Positions 9,854 through 16,995 of a stretch of 37,098 nucleotides of DNA are shown in pieces; within the stretch, counting starts at the first letter, position 1; every line of letters starts with the position of its first letter. The notes below the pieces were generated by a model. That model was not told the origin of the DNA and did no database searches. It worked only from the letters and a program-made list of their open reading frames with translations. Source of the DNA: Thermoanaerobaculia bacterium (GTDB lineage: Bacteria; Acidobacteriota; Thermoanaerobaculia; Multivoradales; UBA5704); NCBI GenBank assembly GCA_035628695.1, contig DASPJI010000874.1:1-37098 (forward strand), given 5' to 3'. The translations under genes and the position numbers were made by a program.

Positions 9854-10159
9854 TCAGCACTCGTCGTTGAGCAGTTCCCTCAGCTCCTTGCCGGGCTTGA
9901 AGTAGGGGATGCGCTTCGGGGGGACGCTCACCTTCTCGCCGGTCTTGGGGTTGCGGCCGGTCCGGGCGCCGCGACGGCGGATCCGGAAGCTGCCGAAGCC
10001 CCGCAGCTCGATCTTCTCCCCTTCCTTGAGGGAGTCGACGATGCTGTCGAAGACCGTGTTGACGATGATCTCCGCGTGCTTCTTGGTGAGCTGGGTCGTA
10101 CGGGCGACCTCCTCCACCAGCTCAGCCTTGGTCATACCCTCCTTGACGGGTTCCGACAT
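9854..10159 (-). CDS. HU/IHF family DNA-binding protein (IHF-beta-like)
   Basis: MTKAELVEEVA...IELRGFGSFRIRRRGARTGRNPKTGEKVSVPPKRIPYFKPGKELRE. Start is uncertain: ATG at 10177, 10159 (GGGAGG upstream) or 10135. Confidence 0.85.
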   Translation of the reverse strand: MSEPVKEGMTKAELVEEVARTTQLTKKHAEIIVNTVFDSIVDSLKEGEKIELRGFGSFRIRRRGARTGRNPKTGEKVSVPPKRIPYFKPGKELRELLNDEC

Positions 10160-10234
10160 CGCCCCTCCCTGGTTCATGTCCGTGGGGGGCGGGCCACGGG
10201 GACCCCGTGACCCGCCGGCTCGAGCTTCGGGAGA

Positions 10235-12001
<1,767 letters not shown>

Positions 12002-12104
12002 AGAAAAACGTTCCTCCTTGGGCTGGATTCAGGCGCCTGGCCTGTCTTCCCCACGAGCGTGGGGGTTCGAGCTCTGCTTAACTCTTTGAGAACTCGGGCC
12101 TTCG

Positions 12105-12134
12105 AGTATAGGGAGCTGAGGGGCAGGGTGTCAA
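12105..12134 (-). promoter_or_regulatory. Candidate sigma-70 promoter of rpsA: TTGACA-18 bp-TATACT
   Basis: On the minus strand, TTGACA is at 12134-12129 and TATACT at 12110-12105. The implied leader is about 95 nt and contains the hairpin CCCCACG-AGC-GTGGGG. Confidence 0.5.
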
Positions 12135-12157
12135 ATCGCCGGCGGGAGGGGGGAGCA

Positions 12158-12204
12158 CACGGACGAACACGGACTGACACGGGCGATCACGGACGGGCAC
12201 GGAC
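12158..12204. repeat. Five CACGGAC heptamers at exact 10-bp spacing
   Basis: CACGGAC at 12158, 12168, 12188 and 12198, and CACGGGC at 12178. The queG stop codon (12187-12189) lies inside the array. Confidence 0.85.
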
Positions 12205-13344
12205 GCCTGGAGCAGGGGGCGGTGGTGCCTCCACCCCTGGGAGGGTGGGCGGTAGGGAGTGGGGGAGGTCAGGAGGGGGGTTTCCAGCGCCGCCGATCCG
12301 CTCCAGCGCCCAGGCGGCGTGCTCCTGAACGAGCGGCGTCCCCTCTTCCAGAGCCTGGCGCAGCGCGGGGACATACCGCGCGCTCCCCCGGTTGCCCATG
12401 GCGACCGCGGCGTTCCTCTGCAGCCCCTCGAGCTTGGGGCGCTTCATCGGGTTCCCGCGGAAGCGCTCGACGTACTCGTCGCGCCCCAGGAGGAGGAGCC
12501 GGGCGAGGTCGAGCTCGCCGCGCTCGGGGGGGAGCTCCAGCTCCGGATGCGTGGAGCCCTCCGGCAGGGTGTTCCACGGGCAGGCCTCCTGGCAGAGGTC
12601 GCAGCCGAACACCCACTCCCCCACCATCTCCCGCGCCTCCGGGGGGAGGGAGCCGCGGTGCTCGATGGTCCAGTAGCTGATGCAGCGCCGGCTGTCCAGC
12701 CGGTAGGGCTCGGCGAGCGCCCCCGTCGGACAGGCCTCCAGGCAGCGCGTGCAGCTCCCGCACATGTCGGCCAGGGGGACATCCGGGGCGAGGTCCAGGG
12801 TGAGGAACAGCTCGCCGAGCAGGAACCAGGACCCGCCCTCGGGATGGAGGAGAAGCGTGTTCTTCCCCACCGCCCCCATCCCCGCCCGCGCCGCCAGCTC
12901 GCGTTCGAGGACCGGCCCGGTGTCCACGTACGGCCGGGTGTCGCACCCCGGGAACGCCTCGCGGACGCGGGCGGCGAGCGCCTTGAGCCGCGCGCCCATG
13001 ACCTCGTGGTAGTCCTTGCCCCGCGCGTACCGGGCCACGCGAGGCCAGAGGTCGCCGTCGGGCTCGGCCTCCTCCGTGCCGTCCTCCTTAGAGAGAGGAT
13101 GGTATTGGAGGGCGACGAAGAGGACGCTCCGCGCTCCCGGATGGACCTGGCCCGGATCGAGCCGCGCCTCCACCCGCCGCTCCATCCACGACATGTCCGC
13201 CTGATCCCCCCGCTCCAGCCACCGGAGCAGGGACGGCCCATGCTCCAGGGGCTCGAGCGTCGCCACCCCGGCCCGGTCGAACCCGGCCTCGAGAGCCCAG
13301 GCCTTCAACAGCTCGGCGGTGGCGCGGGGGTCGAGGGGGTCCAT
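12187..13344 (-). CDS. queG: tRNA epoxyqueuosine(34) reductase
   Basis: 4Fe-4S motifs CGSCTRCLEACPTGA and CDLCQEACPWN, and a C-terminal HEAT-like QEHAAWALERIG. I moved the start to ATG 13344 (MDPLDPRATAELLKAWALEAGFD). The last ~30 codons are read from repeat copy A. Confidence 0.9.
   Translation of the reverse strand: MDPLDPRATAELLKAWALEAGFDRAGVATLEPLEHGPSLLRWLERGDQADMSWMERRVEARLDPGQVHPGARSVLFVALQYHPLSKEDGTEEAEPDGDLWPRVARYARGKDYHEVMGARLKALAARVREAFPGCDTRPYVDTGPVLERELAARAGMGAVGKNTLLLHPEGGSWFLLGELFLTLDLAPDVPLADMCGSCTRCLEACPTGALAEPYRLDSRRCISYWTIEHRGSLPPEAREMVGEWVFGCDLCQEACPWNTLPEGSTHPELELPPERGELDLARLLLLGRDEYVERFRGNPMKRPKLEGLQRNAAVAMGNRGSARYVPALRQALEEGTPLVQEHAAWALERIGGAGNPPPDLPHSLPPTLPGVEAPPPPAPGVRARP
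12216..12282. repeat. 67-bp direct repeat, copy A (G-rich on plus strand; G4 motif at 12239-12257)
   Basis: GGGGCGGTGGTGCCTCCACCCCTGGGAGGGTGGGCGGTAGGGAGTGGGGGAGGTCAGGAGGGGGGTT. 64/67 identical to copy B by my base-by-base alignment. Confidence 0.9.
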
Positions 13345-13422
13345 GGGAGGTAGGATAACCGGCGGCGGGAGGGGAAAGTTCCCGGAGCGGCGGCGGGCCG
13401 GGAAGACGATGCGGATGCGCGA

Positions 13423-13489
13423 GGGGCGGTGGTGCCTCCCCCCCTGGGAGGGCGGGCGGTAGGGAGCGGGGGAGGTCAGGAGGGGGGTT
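13423..13489. repeat. 67-bp direct repeat, copy B (G4 motif at 13446-13464)
   Basis: GGGGCGGTGGTGCCTCCCCCCCTGGGAGGGCGGGCGGTAGGGAGCGGGGGAGGTCAGGAGGGGGGTT. Lies in the queG/ptuA divergent intergenic region. Confidence 0.9.
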
Positions 13490-13673
13490 CTTTTCCGGAC
13501 CGCCGAGCTGCCTGCGTCCCTTCGGGACTTTGGAATCAATGATTTGCCCTCTACCTGGCATTGAAATGCCAGGCTTTATGCCTGCGCCGCTTCGCGGCTG
13601 AACCGACTTCACGGCCGGCCCGCTCGGTGAGTCGGGGATAGGATAGGCCGATGCCCTATAGGGAGAACGCGTC

Positions 13674-14930
13674 TTGTACATCCAGCGAGTGAAGATCGAG
13701 AACGTCCGAGGGTTCAAGGAGGTGGACCTGGACCTCACCCGCCCCACGGGGAGTCCGGCGGGGTGGACGGTGCTCGCTGGCCGGAATGGGTCGGGGAAGT
13801 CGACGCTGCTCAAGGCGATGGCATTGGTGGCAGCCGGAGAGTGGGGTCTCAGATTTCACGAGCAGATGCGGCTTTGGGTTCGCCAGAACGAGCCGCGTGC
13901 CCGTGTCCGCGCTTTACTGAGTGAGAAGGGGCAACTGTTCGAGGAAGAACTGACATGGTCAGGTTCGGCAAGCCCTTTTGCACCAGAAAGCTTCGCGGCT
14001 CCCCCGAACCCCGCCCGGCCCGACGGATGCCTGATCGCCTACGGCCCCTATCGCCGCCTCTCCGGCCATGCCACTGACGCTCAGCGTCTCATGGAGGGAT
14101 CGTCTCCCGTCTCCCGCATGGTCAACCTCTTCCGCGAGGACGCCTCCCTCGTCGAATGCGTCACCTGGCTCCGGGAGATCTACCTCCGCCGCCTCGAGAA
14201 GAAGCCCGGCGCCGCCGAGTTGGAGAAGGCCGTTCTCTGCCTACTCAACGACGACCTACTCCCGGAGAAAACTCGCGTCGACGGCATCGACTCCGAGGCC
14301 CTCTGGGTCGTGCAACACGGCGCCCGTCTCCCTCTCCAGGAGCTGAGTGACGGCTATCGCACCACCGCCGCCCTGGTGATGGACATCGTCCGTCATCTCT
14401 ACCTCACCTTCGGAGAGCTCCGCATCGAGACCGCCACCGACGATGAAGGCACCTTCCAGCGCGTCCTCCACGAGGGCGTGGTCCTCATCGACGAGGTGGA
14501 GACCCACCTCCACGTTTCCTGGCAGAAGAAGATCGGCTTCTGGCTCAAACGCCACTTCCCCCACATCCAGTTCATCGTCACCACCCACAGCCCGTTCGTC
14601 TGCCAGGCTGCCGACCCGGGGGGCCTGATCCGGCTGCCGGCTCCAGGGGAGAACCGCCCCGTCGAGCACGTGCCAGAGTCCCTCTACTACACCGTGGTCA
14701 ACGGCGGTGCCGACGATGCCGTCCTCACGGAGCTGTTCGGGTTAGATAGCCCCTACTCGGACGAATCCGAGAAGCTCCGGGAGGAGATCGCCCAGCTCGA
14801 AGCCCGGGTGCAGCAGGGCAAGGCGACTGAAGGCGACCTCCAGAGCCTCGACCAGATGCGCTCGCGCCTCCCGCGCACCATGACCACGGATGTGGAGTTG
14901 GCCCTGAAGAAGCTCGCCGCCGACCTATGA
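13674..14930 (+). CDS. ptuA: ABC/SMC-type AAA ATPase (AAA_15/AAA_21-like), Septu PtuA-like
   Basis: N-terminal IENVRGF, Walker A GRNGSGKST, signature-like LSDGY, Walker B VVLIDEVETHLH, TTHSP, and a C-terminal coiled-coil tail. TTG start with GGGAGA 7 nt upstream. ATGA overlap with the next gene. Confidence 0.75.
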   Translation: MYIQRVKIENVRGFKEVDLDLTRPTGSPAGWTVLAGRNGSGKSTLLKAMALVAAGEWGLRFHEQMRLWVRQNEPRARVRALLSEKGQLFEEELTWSGSASPFAPESFAAPPNPARPDGCLIAYGPYRRLSGHATDAQRLMEGSSPVSRMVNLFREDASLVECVTWLREIYLRRLEKKPGAAELEKAVLCLLNDDLLPEKTRVDGIDSEALWVVQHGARLPLQELSDGYRTTAALVMDIVRHLYLTFGELRIETATDDEGTFQRVLHEGVVLIDEVETHLHVSWQKKIGFWLKRHFPHIQFIVTTHSPFVCQAADPGGLIRLPAPGENRPVEHVPESLYYTVVNGGADDAVLTELFGLDSPYSDESEKLREEIAQLEARVQQGKATEGDLQSLDQMRSRLPRTMTTDVELALKKLAADL

Positions 14931-15649
14931 GGCGCCTCCACCGGACTCCGCTCAGCGACAAAACCAGGATCTTCCTCAGGAAGCGCGCCGGCCAGGTCGC
15001 CGACGCGCTCCACCCCATCGCCGAGGCGAAGCGTCTCTGGGACCGGCTGGACAACAAGGCCTTTCGGGAGATCCGCCAGACGTTGGCCGCCATGGCGAGC
15101 GGCGTCGAGCGGTGCATGTACTGCGAGGACAGCGAAGGGACCGCCATCGAGCACTTCTGGCCCAAGGCCCTCTACCCGAAGCGCGCCTTCGACTGGAACA
15201 ACTACCTGCTCGCCTGCTCGCGCTGCAACAGCAACTACAAGCGCAACCGGTTCCCCCTCGACCCTGCCGGCCGGCCCCTCCTCGTCAATCCGGTCGAAGA
15301 GCAACCCCTCGACCACCTGGCCTTTTCGCCGTCCACCGGCCGGTATGAGCCCAGAACGAACAAAGGAAGGGCTAGCGAGGAGGTCTACGGACTGAATCGG
15401 ACGAAGTTGACCCGCGGCCGGTCCAACGCCTGGACCGTGCTCCAGAAGCTGATCGTCGTCTACGCCCAAGCCAAGGAAGAGGGAGACCTCGCCGAGGCTG
15501 CCAAGATCGAGACCGCCCTTCGGGAGCACCCGTTCGCGGGCGTCCTCGCGGCCCTCCTCCACCTCGCCGCAGGACCCGGCGCCGCCCTGGTGCACCCCGC
15601 CTCCCTCCAAGCGCTCCTGCAGAACCCCGAAATCCAGGGCTGGGCCTGA
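14927..15649 (+). CDS. ptuB: HNH endonuclease (TIGR02646-like), Septu PtuB-like
   Basis: CMYCEDSEGTAIEHFWPKALYPKRAFDWNNYLLACSRCNSNYK shows two CxxC pairs bracketing an H...N...N core. 240 aa. Translationally coupled to the ATPase. Confidence 0.75.
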   Translation: MRRLHRTPLSDKTRIFLRKRAGQVADALHPIAEAKRLWDRLDNKAFREIRQTLAAMASGVERCMYCEDSEGTAIEHFWPKALYPKRAFDWNNYLLACSRCNSNYKRNRFPLDPAGRPLLVNPVEEQPLDHLAFSPSTGRYEPRTNKGRASEEVYGLNRTKLTRGRSNAWTVLQKLIVVYAQAKEEGDLAEAAKIETALREHPFAGVLAALLHLAAGPGAALVHPASLQALLQNPEIQGWA

Positions 15650-15681
15650 GCGCCAGCCGTCGTACCCGGAGGAAGGACGGC

Positions 15682-15933
15682 CATCCCTCGTGGGGCAGCC
15701 GTTGCCCCGGCAGGAATGACCTTCATTCCTCATGGGGCAGCCATGGCCCCGACAGAAACGGACACCATTCCTGAAGGGGCAGCCACTGCCCCAACAGGAA
15801 TGATCTCCATTCCTCCTGGGGCAGCGACTGCCCCGATAGGAACGCTCTCCATTCCTCGTGGGGCAACGATGGCCCCGACAGGAATGACCACCATTCCTCA
15901 TGGGGCAGCGGCTGCCCCAGGAGGGATGAACCC
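15682..15933. repeat. Tandem array of six 42-bp nested-palindrome (hairpin) units
   Basis: CATTCCT cores at 15724, 15766, 15808, 15850 and 15892, plus CATCCCT at 15682. Unit is CATTCCT-NN-TGGGGCA-loop-TGCCCC-GA-CAGGAATG-linker. There are no spacers between units. Confidence 0.9.
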
Positions 15934-16026
15934 CGCCGCCGCTTCCGCGACGACGGGGATCTCTTCCTTATCTAAATGGGAAAGGTGGGCGGACCCCGCG
16001 AGGCGAGGCCCGCCGTCCATGCGGCG

Positions 16027-16371
16027 TCAGACTTCGAGAAAGGTGACGCCCGCGGGACTCGACGGGTCCGCGTCCTCGACGATCCGCACCACCGACCAGC
16101 GCTGCCAGGGCGCCCGCGGGTCCGGCTCCTCCTCCAGAGAGAGCCAGGAGGCATACCACCGGCCGCGGTCGTACCAGACCGTCAGCTCGGCGGCGTCGGG
16201 ACCGTAGTCGGGGATCCAGTGATTCCCCGGGTCCTCCTTCGCCATCTGGATCTCTTCAGGAGTGGGAGTGAAGTGGATTCGCACCACCAGGTCATACAGC
16301 GCCCGGCGGGTGGATTCGGTGGGACGGGACAGATCGACGCCGTTGGGCGTACGATCACTGTGGCTGGGCAT
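16027..16371 (-). CDS. Hypothetical 114-aa cytoplasmic protein, no recognisable family
   Basis: ATG at 16371 is preceded by AGGAG with 9-nt spacing. MPSHSDRTPNGVDLSRPTESTRRALYDLVVRIHFTPTPEEI...WYDRGRWYASWLSLEEEPD... looks protein-like. The upstream part of the 176-aa track ORF is Arg/Gly/Ser-rich and was discarded. Confidence 0.5.
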   Translation of the reverse strand: MPSHSDRTPNGVDLSRPTESTRRALYDLVVRIHFTPTPEEIQMAKEDPGNHWIPDYGPDAAELTVWYDRGRWYASWLSLEEEPDPRAPWQRWSVVRIVEDADPSSPAGVTFLEV

Positions 16372-16657
16372 GAGTGTTAGCTCCTGTCCGGCAAGGCCTC
16401 GGGAGGTGAGCGTCAACTCCCTCCCTTGGCCGCTTGGACTCTGACGTCTCGGATGAGACACGCGCTCACCTTGGAGAGACAGCGGTCCTCTACGGCTGTG
16501 CTGTGAACCTGCGGTTTCCTTCTCTCCCCCTACCACCTCCTTCGCAGTTCGGGACAATAACGGCGGAACGGCTGACGTGAGCCTATAACCGCCCTAGCTA
16601 CGCGTCAAGAGGAAAATCGGCTTTCGGGAAAAAGGGGAAGGGACCAGGAAGCGGGAA

Positions 16658-16681
16658 GGGGGCCGGGGGGTGAGGGCCCCC
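16658..16681 (-). terminator. GC hairpin GGGGGCC-N10-GGCCCCC downstream of the Cys-rich peptide gene
   Basis: 7-bp stem seen directly, about 20 nt after the stop codon. There is no clear U tract. Confidence 0.25.
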
Positions 16682-16698
16682 CGCAGCCCCGCTCGGTC

Positions 16699-16935
16699 CT
16701 AGCACTGAGGGCAGCAGCAGGCGATCGCGCACCGGACCTCGGCCCGATTACAGGCGACCTCGCAGGAGAGCCTGTCCGGATGACCGATCGGCGGACAATT
16801 CGCCAAGCAGTCGAAGGTCGCCAGGTAGCAGCCGCAGTCATCCCCCGAGCACGCCAGGGTGTTCGACGGGGCCACCACCACGGCCAGCAGAACGACGCAC
16901 AGCATGGCACACACGTACACCAGCTTCGCTTTCAT
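16699..16935 (-). CDS. Small secreted cysteine-rich peptide (78-aa precursor, about 50-aa mature)
   Basis: Perfect AAGGAGG 5 nt upstream of the ATG. Signal peptide MKAKLVYVCAMLCVVLLAVVVAPSNTLA followed by CSGDDCGCYLATFDCLANCPPIGHPDRLSCEVACNRAEVRCAIACCCPQC, which has 12 Cys including three CxxxC pairs. Confidence 0.7.
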   Translation of the reverse strand: MKAKLVYVCAMLCVVLLAVVVAPSNTLACSGDDCGCYLATFDCLANCPPIGHPDRLSCEVACNRAEVRCAIACCCPQC

Positions 16936-16995
16936 GGTCTCCTCCTTGGAGATGGTTAGCGAAGCGAATAATAGCAGAAACTTAATTTAAGACCG

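Noticed and set aside
5576-9870. Long plus-strand ORFs 5576-7741 (721 aa) and 7741-9870 (709 aa)
   Set aside because: They are antisense to msbA, lpxB and HIT, which have clear motifs. Their low-complexity R/G/P/A/H-rich composition is typical of high-GC shadow ORFs.
14753-15901. 382-aa minus-strand ORF beginning with Cys/Arg-rich repeats (RNGxHSCRGxxCP)
   Set aside because: It is the antisense reading of the hairpin array followed by the antisense of ptuB. It has no RBS, and its composition is typical of out-of-frame high-GC translation.
15682-15933. CRISPR array interpretation of the 42-bp repeats
   Set aside because: The units are directly abutting with no unique spacers. The period (42 bp) equals the repeat length, and no cas genes are in the window.
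15650-16207. Read-through of the ptuB TGA into an in-frame 14-aa repeat domain (IPxGAAxAPTGMxx)x6 (track ORF 15716-16207 is in the same frame as ptuB)
   Set aside because: All frames are open here because of GC richness and because 42 bp is a multiple of three. The ORF runs antisense through the better-supported 114-aa gene. The nested palindromic structure of each unit argues for a nucleic-acid-level element. It is worth a glance in proteomics data, but I do not call it coding.
16620-16690. Third copy of the 67-bp G-rich repeat downstream of the Cys-rich peptide gene
   Set aside because: The region is G-run-rich (GGGAAAAAGGGGAAGGGACC…GGGGGCCGGGGGG) but does not align with the 67-mer beyond generic G tracts.
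13345-16995. Retron-Septu (type I-A retron) interpretation
   Set aside because: No reverse transcriptase ORF exists anywhere in or next to the insertion. Without an RT the hairpins cannot be called an msr/msd.
13345-16995. Calling the insertion a mobile genetic element / genomic island with defined ends
   Set aside because: There is no integrase, transposase, flanking tRNA or direct repeat bracketing the insertion itself. The 67-bp repeats bracket queG, not the insertion. Only strand flip, composition and gene content support its accessory status.
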